NCBI GenBank assembly: GCA_963556825.1
Contig: CAUWAM010000002.1
Coordinates: forward strand, 53,135 to 117,134
Reading direction: 5' to 3'
Length of the DNA stretch: 64,000 nt
Source of the DNA: an uncultured Clostridia bacterium
Lineage (GTDB): Bacteria > Bacillota > Clostridia > TANB77 > CAG-508
Shown piece by piece: positions 18,085-26,514 of this stretch. Numbering within the stretch: position 1 is the first letter of the stretch; each line of letters starts with the position of its first letter. A model generated the notes under the pieces. The model saw only the letters and a program-made list of their open reading frames with translations. It ran no database searches and was not told the origin of the DNA. The position numbers were made by a program, and so were the translations under genes.

Positions 18085-18220
18085 CTTTTCCTCCTATTTT
18101 CCTTTTCTTTTTAATGCTTTCTATCCATTTTTCAAATTTACTTTTTATAATCATATAATTCCATTTTAATTTTGGCGCAATTTGTGCTAGTACTAATTTT
18201 TCTACTTCATCATCTTCCAT
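18074..18220 (-). CDS. small first ORF of leftward (lytic-side) operon
   Basis: 48 codons, MEDDEVEKLVLAQIAPKLKWNY…. RBS gaaggtga. Overlaps the next gene's start. Confidence 0.3.
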   Translation of the reverse strand: MEDDEVEKLVLAQIAPKLKWNYMIIKSKFEKWIESIKKKRKIGGKDDR

Positions 18221-18252
18221 TTTTTCACCTTCTTTCTTTATAAATATCAACT

Positions 18253-18489
18253 TTGGTTAATTTTTTTTAACTCTTAATTGTAAAAAATATATCTATGAAA
18301 ATTTAATTTATCATAATATAGCTATTAATAATATTGTTAATTGATTTTTCGTACATTTCTATATTTTTTTATTTACGCCTCATCTTTTTGGTTATTTTTT
18401 TTTAACCACTCATATTATATATAATAAATAAAATTGTGTCAATAGTTTTGGTAAATTTTTTTTAACTTTTTGTTGACTTTTTTTAACCC
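18253..18489. promoter_or_regulatory. four operator-like half-palindromes TTGGTTA-T8/9-TAAC in the divergent repressor region
   Basis: 18253-18271 ttggttaattttttttaac. 18391-18408 ggttatttttttttaacc (perfect GGTTA-N8-TAACC). 18449-18466 ttggtaaattttttttaac. 18473-18489 ttgactttttttaaccc. Confidence 0.6.
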
Positions 18490-18501
18490 TTGTTATATAC
18501 T
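18473..18501 (+). promoter_or_regulatory. repressor promoter TTGACT-17-TATACT
   Basis: TTGACT at 18473-18478 and TATACT at 18496-18501. Overlapped by the fourth operator-like copy. Confidence 0.5.
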
Positions 18502-18523
18502 ATATTTAGGAGGTTTTTTATTT

Positions 18524-19243
18524 ATGTTTGATAAAATAAAATTCGCACAAATATTAAAAAATATAACAGATACTTATGTAAGTCAAAGGGATTTTTCTAA
18601 GAAATCTGGAATAAATAGAACATATCTTTCACAATATGCTAATATAAAGCTTGAAGAACCACCAAAGCCAAAAATTTTAGAAAAATTAGCTGATGCTTCT
18701 AATAACATAACTACATATGATGAACTTATGCAGGTCTGTGGCTATACCTATGTAACTACTCTTGACAATTCATCATTTGGAATTAATCCTGAATATTGGA
18801 AAATGATATTTGGAAATATTGAAAAAATAGAACTTACTCAAAAAGGCTCTACATTTTTTGCTTATTTTCTAGATAAAATATATAAGGAATTTCAAAAAAA
18901 TAATAATGAACAATTTATTATGAATTTCGATCCACAATCATTAATTCCACAAACGGATAATATTGAAGAATATACTGAATACATTAAAATTTTTTGTTTT
19001 ATTCTTTGTTCTTTTATGAGTACCAATGTTCTAAATATAAATGAAATAGAAAAAAAACAATTGCTTTCTAATATACAAGACTTATTAGAAACTACTCCTC
19101 TTCTAATAGAATTTGATGAGAAATCTGATAGTTTTAAATATACTAATATAAATACAGAAGGATTAGATGAAAATGATATTGAAGAATTAAAGAGATTTGT
19201 TGAGTTTTTAAAAACAAAAAAAAATAAAAACAATCTTCATTAA
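18524..19243 (+). CDS. XRE-family HTH repressor (CI-like) with C-terminal domain
   Basis: aggagg RBS. MFDKIKFAQILKNITDTYVSQRDFSKKSGINRTYLSQYAN is an HTH_3-type motif. Divergent from the phage genes. Confidence 0.8.
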   Translation: MFDKIKFAQILKNITDTYVSQRDFSKKSGINRTYLSQYANIKLEEPPKPKILEKLADASNNITTYDELMQVCGYTYVTTLDNSSFGINPEYWKMIFGNIEKIELTQKGSTFFAYFLDKIYKEFQKNNNEQFIMNFDPQSLIPQTDNIEEYTEYIKIFCFILCSFMSTNVLNINEIEKKQLLSNIQDLLETTPLLIEFDEKSDSFKYTNINTEGLDENDIEELKRFVEFLKTKKNKNNLH

Positions 19244-19254
19244 TTACAAAAAAG

Positions 19255-19285
19255 AAATACCAATGCATTAAAAACATTGGTATTT
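19255..19285. terminator. bidirectional terminator between repressor and rnj
   Basis: aaataccaatg/cattggtattt 11-bp stem. Confidence 0.7.
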
Positions 19286-19295
19286 CAATATTCTA

Positions 19296-21128
19296 TTACA
19301 CTTCCATAATAATTGGTATAATCATCGGATTTCTCTTTGTTTTTACAAATATATAATCTCTTAAATTTTCTCTAACAGTAGACTTAATTGTTGACCAATC
19401 ACGAATTTCTTTTTCTTCACATTTTTTAATTTCATGTCTTACAACACTCTTTACGTCATCCATTAAATTTTCTGATTCTCTAACATATACAAATCCTCTT
19501 GAAATAACATCAGGTCCTGCTACTACTTCCCCTGTTGAAGAGTCCATTGTTAATACTATTATTATTAATCCATCTTGTGATAAATGTTGTCTATCTCTTA
19601 ATACTATATTTCCAACATCTCCAACTCCAAGTCCATCTACTAATACTCTTCCATTTGGAACCATTCCTGTAAGTTTGGCTTCATCTTCACTTATTTCTAC
19701 AACTCTTCCATTTTCCATTAATACGATGTTTTTAGCTGGTATTCCCATACTCTGAGCTGTTTCGGCATGAGCCATTAATTGTCTATATTCTCCATGTACT
19801 GGTATAAAATATTTTGGTTTAGTCAATGCAAAAATTAATTTTTGTTCTTCTTGGCAAGCATGTCCAGATACGTGAACATCTGCTAATGCACTATATACAA
19901 CCTCTGCTCCAATTTGCATTAAATCATCTATTACCTTTGAAACTAGTTTTTCATTTCCTGGGATTGGATTTGCTGAAATAATTACTAAATCATTAGGTGT
20001 TATTTTAACTTTTCTGTGATCTCCTGAAGCCATTCTTGTTAGTGCTGACATTGTTTCTCCTTGACTTCCTGTTGTAATTATTACTAATTGTTCATCATTA
20101 TATGTTGACATCATATCTATGTCAATAAATAAGTCTTCTGGACAATCTATATATCCTAATTCTCTTGCTGTATTTATCATATTTATCATACTTCTGCCAC
20201 ATATTGCTATTTTTCTTTTGTATTTTACTGCTGAATTTACTATTTGTTGAACTCTATGAACGTTTGATGCAAATGTAGCTACTACTATTCTTTTTGTACA
20301 TCCATCAAATAAGTTATCAAATACTGGTCCTATTGAACTTTCAGACATCGTAAATCCTTTTCGTTCAGCATTTGTACTATCTGACATTAATGCTAATATT
20401 CCTTCATTTCCTAATTCTGCAATTCTTCCAAAGTCCATTATTTTCCCATCGATTGGTGTATAATCAACTTTGAAATCACCTGTGTGTAAAACTGTTCCTA
20501 TAGGTGTTTTTATTGCTAACATTACTGAATCTGGTATACTATGTGTACTTCTTATAAATTCTACTTTAAAGTTCTTTCCTAATGTTATTGTTTCTCCTTG
20601 CATTACTTCTATTAGTTTAGAACTTCTTAATATTTTATGTTCTTCTAATTTATTTCTAATTAATCCCATTGCTAGTCTTGGTGCATATACTGGAATATTT
20701 ATTTGTTTTAATATATATGGTACACTTCCTATATGATCTTCGTGTCCATGTGTTATTATTAATCCCTTTATTTTATCTACATTTTTTTGTAAATATGTGA
20801 TATCTGGTATTACTAAATCTATCCCCAACATATCATCTTCTGGGAATGATAAACCACAGTCTACTACTATCATTTCATCTTCATATTCAAAAACTGTTAT
20901 ATTTTTACCAACTTCGTGTAATCCTCCTAATGGAATAATTTTTAATTTTCCTTTTTTGAATATGCTATCTTTGCTTGTTTTAGTTTTTCTTGTTTCTTTT
21001 GTTTCTTTTATATCTCTAGTTTTTCTTGTTGTTTTTGTATTTTTTGTTGCTCCTATATTTTTTCTTGGAGCTCTTGGCTTTCTTTGTGTTTTTTCTTCTT
21101 TCTTTTTGTCTATATTCTCTTGTGTCAT
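19296..21128 (-). CDS. rnj: ribonuclease J
   Basis: Metallo-beta-lactamase HGHEDHIG motif, beta-CASP layout, 610 aa. About 55-aa K/T/R-rich N-terminal extension. Confidence 0.9.
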   Translation of the reverse strand: MTQENIDKKKEEKTQRKPRAPRKNIGATKNTKTTRKTRDIKETKETRKTKTSKDSIFKKGKLKIIPLGGLHEVGKNITVFEYEDEMIVVDCGLSFPEDDMLGIDLVIPDITYLQKNVDKIKGLIITHGHEDHIGSVPYILKQINIPVYAPRLAMGLIRNKLEEHKILRSSKLIEVMQGETITLGKNFKVEFIRSTHSIPDSVMLAIKTPIGTVLHTGDFKVDYTPIDGKIMDFGRIAELGNEGILALMSDSTNAERKGFTMSESSIGPVFDNLFDGCTKRIVVATFASNVHRVQQIVNSAVKYKRKIAICGRSMINMINTARELGYIDCPEDLFIDIDMMSTYNDEQLVIITTGSQGETMSALTRMASGDHRKVKITPNDLVIISANPIPGNEKLVSKVIDDLMQIGAEVVYSALADVHVSGHACQEEQKLIFALTKPKYFIPVHGEYRQLMAHAETAQSMGIPAKNIVLMENGRVVEISEDEAKLTGMVPNGRVLVDGLGVGDVGNIVLRDRQHLSQDGLIIIVLTMDSSTGEVVAGPDVISRGFVYVRESENLMDDVKSVVRHEIKKCEEKEIRDWSTIKSTVRENLRDYIFVKTKRNPMIIPIIMEV

Positions 21129-21418
21129 ATTTTCTCCTCTCTTTCATTTTATAAAATTTATTTGGAATTTTATTAAATCCTTTTATCGTTTAAATCTTTC
21201 ATTTAAATAAAAAATGAAAGCACAAATAATTTATTATAATCTCTTTACTTATAATAATTTCCTTTTTATTCAATTTTTAATCCGTTCTTGTTATTTTACT
21301 TTTCTCTTTAAAATATTTAAACTTTTTAGGTTTTAAAAAAATCTCATTTCTTTGCCCTTTGGCAATGTCTTGATTATTATACTATAAAATTTAAGAAAAG
21401 TCAAATTTTCCCAGTTAC

Positions 21419-21453
21419 AAAGAACTCTCATACATTTCCGTATGAGAGTTCTT
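21419..21453 (-). terminator. terminator after spoVT
   Basis: 13-bp stem aaagaactctcata/tatgagagttctt. Confidence 0.55.
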
Positions 21454-21459
21454 ACTATT

Positions 21460-22015
21460 TTATATTTCCATTTGACTTGCTAAAAATGTTGCTGCAGATT
21501 GTGCTACTTTTTTTTCTACTTCATTCATTTTAGCATTTGAATCTTTTGACATTAATATTACTGTTCCAATTGTATCTCCATTTGAAATTATAGGATATAC
21601 AATTTGTGCATTATATTTTCTTTGATTATTATCATTTTTTGTAATTGGCATTGCCATATCACTATTTTCTTTGCTTGCATACACTTCTTTATCATCCATT
21701 AATTTTTCTAATTCTTGGCTTATATCTTGCTCTAAAAATTCTTTTTTAGAACCACCTGCTACAGCAATTATTGAATCTTTGTCTGTAATACATGCAATAT
21801 GTCCTGTTGTTTTCGCTAATGTTTCAGCATATCCTGTTGCAAATTCTGATAATTCTCCAATTGGAGAATATTTTTTTAATATTACTTGTCCTTCTCTGTC
21901 TGTAAAAACTTCAAGTGGATCTCCGTTCTTTTATTCTTAATGTTTTTCTTATTTCTTTTGGTATTACTACTCTACCTAAATCGTCTATTCTTCTTACAAC
22001 ACCTGTTGCTTTCAT
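21460..22015 (-). pseudogene. spoVT: stage V sporulation regulator SpoVT (AbrB-type N-domain plus GAF-like C-domain), frameshifted
   Basis: MKATGVVRRIDDLGRVVIPKEIRKTLRIKE then RRST*. Removing one base (g at 21925) restores GDPLEVFTDREGQVILKKYSPIGELSEF… through to the 21460 stop. Confidence 0.8.
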
Positions 22016-22140
22016 AATTTTCCTCCTTTAATTTCAAGTCTATTATTATTATCTCAAAAGAGGAAATTTTTATACATTTTTATTCATTTTTTAAATTCAA
22101 TTGTACGATCCACAAGATAACTGTATTTATCTGGACTATC

Positions 22141-23490
22141 CTAATATCTAATTATATCTTTTCTCCTATATATAGCTAGTATAAGAGCAATACACACTAT
22201 ATCAACAACTAAGCTTAATCCTCCATAAGATACAAATGGAATTTTTGAAGATATTTGTATTCCTATTGTTAAATTCATTAATATATTTATCAAGCTTTCT
22301 ATTATAAAATATCCTCCAAGTCCTATTATTATAAATTTTCCATAATTATCTTTTATTATTTTACTATTATATAATATTTTAGTTGAAAATATTAATATTA
22401 GGGAAATTATTGCAATAGCTGGTATTATACCATAATGTGCTATAATAGAAACTAATGCATAGTCAGTTCCTTCATCAAAAATATCTAAAACATTACTTAA
22501 ATCTTCTGCTTCACCAATTGGTTTTGCTGAGTTTAATATTAACCTTTGTTGTAATGGAAGCCATCCTGAACCATAAACATCTTTTTCTGGATAAATATAT
22601 GCTGTAATTCTATTTTGTATATATGGATATTGTATAAATATCTTAAATATACATATTATAACTAATACCGTTATTATAGAATATAATATTATTAAATATT
22701 TTTTCTTTTTCTCTGATTTTTTTATTATTCCTATTGTTGTTAAAATAATATATATTAATGATAATATTATACAAGATGATAATGATGGTATATACATTAA
22801 TAGTAATACAGATATTATACTTAATGTAAATATTTTTATAAAATCTTTGTTAATAATTATTTCACAAAATTCAAATGTATTATTTTTGTCATATTTATTA
22901 ATAAATCCAGCAAATGCTATGATATATAAAGGAACTACTATACTTTCAATTGATATTGTTATATTGAATATTTGCAGATATGCTTTTCCATTTATATATC
23001 CACACATTACTGTTAAACCTAAAATTGTTATAATTGTTGCAAAAGCATAGATATAGTTTGAATATTTTTTAATCTTTCTGTAATCAAAAAAATATATTCC
23101 TATTCCTAATAAAATTCCTATTCCTAAATAAATTATAGTTTTTATAAGATAATTTATTTCATTTCCATCAGTCAATATAGTCTGTGTTTTTATAAATGAT
23201 ACTAATATTCCAAATGATATTAATGATATTACTAACAATATTAATGACCAATCTACTCTAGGTTTATGTATTTTATTTAATTTTTTTCCTATTTCTATAG
23301 GTTCTCCCATTTGTTTTACTGCTATATCTTCAGCTTTATTTTCTTCAATTCCTTTTTTTATCTGTTCTTGTTTTATTTCTTCCATATGATTTTTTAGTTC
23401 TTCTGTAATTTCATTTTGTATTGGTTTGTATTTTATTTCATAGCAGACTTTTTCTATAAAATCCTTAATTTGCAAATACAACACCTCCAA
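22141..23490 (-). CDS. SEDS-family (FtsW/RodA-like) protein with N-terminal DUF1700/HAAS-like helical domain
   Basis: C-terminal KIPFVSYGGLSL and EGTDYALVSII (TD motif) match SEDS signatures. The N-terminal 75 aa are soluble and helical (…EELKNHMEEIK…MGEPIEIGKKL). Overlaps the padR stop; start may be the TTG at 23475. Confidence 0.65.
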   Translation of the reverse strand: MEVLYLQIKDFIEKVCYEIKYKPIQNEITEELKNHMEEIKQEQIKKGIEENKAEDIAVKQMGEPIEIGKKLNKIHKPRVDWSLILLVISLISFGILVSFIKTQTILTDGNEINYLIKTIIYLGIGILLGIGIYFFDYRKIKKYSNYIYAFATIITILGLTVMCGYINGKAYLQIFNITISIESIVVPLYIIAFAGFINKYDKNNTFEFCEIIINKDFIKIFTLSIISVLLLMYIPSLSSCIILSLIYIILTTIGIIKKSEKKKKYLIILYSIITVLVIICIFKIFIQYPYIQNRITAYIYPEKDVYGSGWLPLQQRLILNSAKPIGEAEDLSNVLDIFDEGTDYALVSIIAHYGIIPAIAIISLILIFSTKILYNSKIIKDNYGKFIIIGLGGYFIIESLINILMNLTIGIQISSKIPFVSYGGLSLVVDIVCIALILAIYRRKDIIRY

Positions 23491-23803
23491 TTACTTTGTT
23501 TACTCCATCACTAAAAACTTTCCATTCTTTTTGTTTTTCTTTTAATAAATCTCTTCCCTTTTTTGTAATTGAATAATATTTTCTTTTTTTGCTTGTTGTT
23601 TCATCCCAATATGATGTTATATAGTTTTTTCCTTCTAATAAATGTAATATTGGATATAATGTTCCCTCTTTTAATTCAAATATACTTTCTGATTTTTTCT
23701 GTAACTCTTTTATCATTTGGTATCCATACATATTTTCATTTTCTAACAATTTTAATATCAGCATTGTAGTGCTTCCCTTTAATAATTCTTTGTCAATTTT
23801 CAA
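23465..23803 (-). CDS. PadR-family transcriptional regulator
   Basis: LKGSTTMLILKLLENENMYGYQMIKEL…EGTLYPILHLLEGKNYI winged-helix signature. Confidence 0.85.
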   Translation of the reverse strand: MKIDKELLKGSTTMLILKLLENENMYGYQMIKELQKKSESIFELKEGTLYPILHLLEGKNYITSYWDETTSKKRKYYSITKKGRDLLKEKQKEWKVFSDGVNKVIGGVVFAN

Positions 23804-23844
23804 AACTATCTACCTCCTTAAAATAACAAACACCTAGATATCCG

Positions 23845-23860
23845 ATGTATTTTTATACAT
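23845..23860. promoter_or_regulatory. PadR-type operator ATGT-N8-ACAT
   Basis: ATGTATTTTTATACAT, 42 bp upstream of the padR start. Confidence 0.5.
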
Positions 23861-23901
23861 TGTATATCTAGGTATTATTTTTGTCAATACTTTTTTATTA
23901 T

Positions 23902-24606
23902 TTATTTATTATTTATTATTTTATCTGCATCTTCTTTTGATAAATATTTATATTTTACCATTTTGCTTAATACTTGCTTTTGCCTTTGTTTTGCAAGTTC
24001 TAAATTTTTTGTTGGTGCGTAAACTGAGGGTGCATTAGGTATTCCTGCAAGCATTACACTTTCGTAATCAGTCATATTTATAGGTTCTTTACCAAAATAA
24101 TGTCTACTTGCTTCTTTTACAGTATAACAATTATCTCCAAAAAAACTTGTATTTATATATAATTCTAAAATTTCATCTTTAGAATAATTTTTTTCAATTT
24201 TAAATGCCATAAAAACTTCAGCAAATTTTCTTTGTATTTTTTTCTCTTGAGTAAAATATATATTTTTAGCTAATTGTTGAGTTATAGTACTTCCACCTTC
24301 TACAAAACTCATCGCTTTTATATCATTAAACACTGCTCTTCCTATTGCAATTATATCTATTCCATTGTGTTTATGAAATCTATGATCTTCTACTGCAATT
24401 ACTGCCTCTTTATATATCCTCGGAATTTCATCTAATTTTGTATAATTTTTTTTATTTTTTATTTCCAATATTTTATCTTCTATGCTTATTGTTTCTATTG
24501 CTTTTTTATACATATCATAACCTTGTACCCCAAAGTATCCTATTATGATAATACATATAGTTATTATAATTATTATTACTTTTTTTATTACTTTCATTTC
24601 TATCAC
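23902..24606 (-). CDS. monofunctional peptidoglycan glycosyltransferase (GT51)
   Basis: N-terminal TM segment; EDHRFHKHNGID and GGSTITQQLAKN motifs. Confidence 0.85.
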   Translation of the reverse strand: MIEMKVIKKVIIIIITICIIIIGYFGVQGYDMYKKAIETISIEDKILEIKNKKNYTKLDEIPRIYKEAVIAVEDHRFHKHNGIDIIAIGRAVFNDIKAMSFVEGGSTITQQLAKNIYFTQEKKIQRKFAEVFMAFKIEKNYSKDEILELYINTSFFGDNCYTVKEASRHYFGKEPINMTDYESVMLAGIPNAPSVYAPTKNLELAKQRQKQVLSKMVKYKYLSKEDADKIINNK

Positions 24607-24649
24607 CTAATTTTATTTTACTATTACAAAGTGACTAATAAATGACTTT

Positions 24650-25021
24650 TTAAAATATTTGATTTTTTATGTCTCTATCGTAATCATAATCAAAATATTG
24701 ATTAAATACTTTTTCTTTTATATCTTCATCATATAATACTTTGTTTACGAAGTAGTTTCCTAAACTAAATATTCCTGTAAAAAATAGAACTACTAACATT
24801 AAAATAATACTTATAAAATCTATTTTTACTTTGATATTTGATTTACTATTTAAATATATTATTTCAATTCCTAATCCTATTAATATTATTGGCCATAACA
24901 TTAATAAATATCTAAAAAAGTCAAATCTTGTAAATGTCATTATCAATACTGAAATTCCTATTATTATTAACATTATTCCAAATGTATATGTACCTACTCT
25001 TCTTTCCTGTTTTTCTTCCAT
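24650..25021 (-). CDS. small multi-TM membrane protein (LiaI/LiaF-like N-terminal style)
   Basis: 123 aa with 3-4 hydrophobic helices. Confidence 0.4.
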   Translation of the reverse strand: MEEKQERRVGTYTFGIMLIIIGISVLIMTFTRFDFFRYLLMLWPIILIGLGIEIIYLNSKSNIKVKIDFISIILMLVVLFFTGIFSLGNYFVNKVLYDEDIKEKVFNQYFDYDYDRDIKNQIF

Positions 25022-25030
25022 TACATCCTC

Positions 25031-25507
25031 CTATTTATTTGAAATCATCTTAGTTCCAATTCCTATTGTAATTAATGATACAATTATTGATGGGAAATAC
25101 ATTCTAATTGTTCTTATTGTATTTATTAGCCATTCTATTTCTGTTTCTTTTGCTATTCCGTATAATACATTATTTAAAAGTAAATATGTTCCTACTAAAA
25201 TAACTCCTACTCCTAGTAATTTATTTCCTTTTATTTTATCAAAGTCAAATCCTTTTAAAATATAATCATCTTCTATTTGTTCATCTGTCCCGATTGAATT
25301 TCTAATATTATATGTGTCGAAAAAGCTGTATGCCATTACCACTAAAAATGGGATTATAAATATTACAGTTTCAAGCATTGTTGCTAATATAAATAATACT
25401 CCTGCAATACACATGATTGATAATCCTCTTTTCATATATTTTTGGTACATTTGACCCGCACCTGGGATAAAACTAAAACAAAATGTTAAAAATCCGTTCT
25501 TTTTCAT
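25031..25507 (-). CDS. membrane protein
   Basis: Start probably MKKNGFLTF. IPGAGQMY motif; multi-TM. Confidence 0.4.
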   Translation of the reverse strand: MKKNGFLTFCFSFIPGAGQMYQKYMKRGLSIMCIAGVLFILATMLETVIFIIPFLVVMAYSFFDTYNIRNSIGTDEQIEDDYILKGFDFDKIKGNKLLGVGVILVGTYLLLNNVLYGIAKETEIEWLINTIRTIRMYFPSIIVSLITIGIGTKMISNK

Positions 25508-25857
25508 TATTTTTCCTCCTCTTCTTTTTCTATTGGGGTTGTTGCCCATTTACAAAAATCACTTATTTTTTCATTTATAGATATTGTTGTTTTTGGTGTA
25601 TCTTCTTCCTGCTGATAAAATTTCATTTCATCATTTTTTATAAAATCCATTCTGCAAACTGCCAAAGAAAATATTAAGCAAGCTGCAATTTTACAAACAT
25701 CTGCATATTTATTTTTCTTTTTTCTATTTATTTTTGATAGTATATTTTGTGCTAAATTTGATGGACTTTGTATTTCTTTTTTTTCTATATGCTTTATGTA
25801 TTTTTCTAAATATTCATCATTTTTTAATATCTTATCTATATCTTCTAATTTATTCAT
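25507..25857 (-). CDS. putative anti-sigma factor (single TM)
   Basis: Start overlaps the sigma gene stop. Central TM segment VCKIAACLIFSLAVC. Confidence 0.45.
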   Translation of the reverse strand: MNKLEDIDKILKNDEYLEKYIKHIEKKEIQSPSNLAQNILSKINRKKKNKYADVCKIAACLIFSLAVCRMDFIKNDEMKFYQQEEDTPKTTISINEKISDFCKWATTPIEKEEEEK

Positions 25858-26363
25858 AAAATCCGCTCCTTTCTTAATATTTCCTTTAGTAATTTTTTTC
25901 CCCTGGTTATCTGAACTTTTAATGTTCCCTTTGTTGTTTTTTGCATTTTTGCTATTTCATCTAATGAGTATTCTTCTATGTAATATTGTTTTAATATTGT
26001 ATTATATGGCTTTTTGAGTTCTTGTATTTTTTGTCTTATAAAATTGTTTTTATCTTGCTTTATTAATTCTTCTATAAAATCTTCTTGTAAATTAAATTCT
26101 TCTATGTTTGATATATTTTCAATAACTGTATTTTCCTTTCTTTTACTTGATTTTAAATAGTCTTTGCATTTATTTAAAACAATCTTACACAATATGTTTT
26201 TTATTTCGTTTTCTTGTAATTTTTTATATTCTTTAAAATGAGAATATAAACTCAAATATGCTTCTTGTACTAAATCTTGTGAATCTTCTTGGGAAGATGT
26301 CATATCTATTGCAATTTTATATGCTAAATTTGTATATTTATTTACTATTTCTTCAAATTTCAT
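25854..26363 (-). CDS. ECF-type sigma-70 family factor
   Basis: Region 2 (DSQDLVQEAYLSLY) and region 4 HTH (YSLDEIAKMQKTTKGTLKVQITRGKKLL). Confidence 0.8.
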   Translation of the reverse strand: MKFEEIVNKYTNLAYKIAIDMTSSQEDSQDLVQEAYLSLYSHFKEYKKLQENEIKNILCKIVLNKCKDYLKSSKRKENTVIENISNIEEFNLQEDFIEELIKQDKNNFIRQKIQELKKPYNTILKQYYIEEYSLDEIAKMQKTTKGTLKVQITRGKKLLKEILRKERIL

Positions 26364-26467
26364 CTTTCCCCCTTTCGCTTCACTTCGTTTCGCTCATCGC
26401 CATCCAAAATTTTTTTTCAAATTTAAGTGATTATATTTTATATAACGATTTTGTTTTTTAATAGTTA

Positions 26468-26503
26468 ACAAAAAGAGCAAATTTTTTATTTAATCTGCTC
26501 TTT
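26468..26503 (-). terminator. terminator after KAP NTPase gene
   Basis: aaagagca/tgctcttt stem followed by T5 on the minus strand. Confidence 0.6.
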
Positions 26504-26514
26504 TGTTTAATCTA

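Larger units (their letters stand above)
5373..19285 (-). mobile_element. siphovirus-derived tail-plus-lysis cluster (prophage remnant or F-type tailocin-like locus)
   Basis: Gene order on the minus strand: divergent XRE repressor, small early ORFs, ArpU-like activator, scaffold remnant, major tail, G/T chaperones, morons, TMP, moron, Dit-like, Tal, fibre, XhlA, holin, amidase. No integrase, replication, terminase, portal or capsid ORF. Confidence 0.75.
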
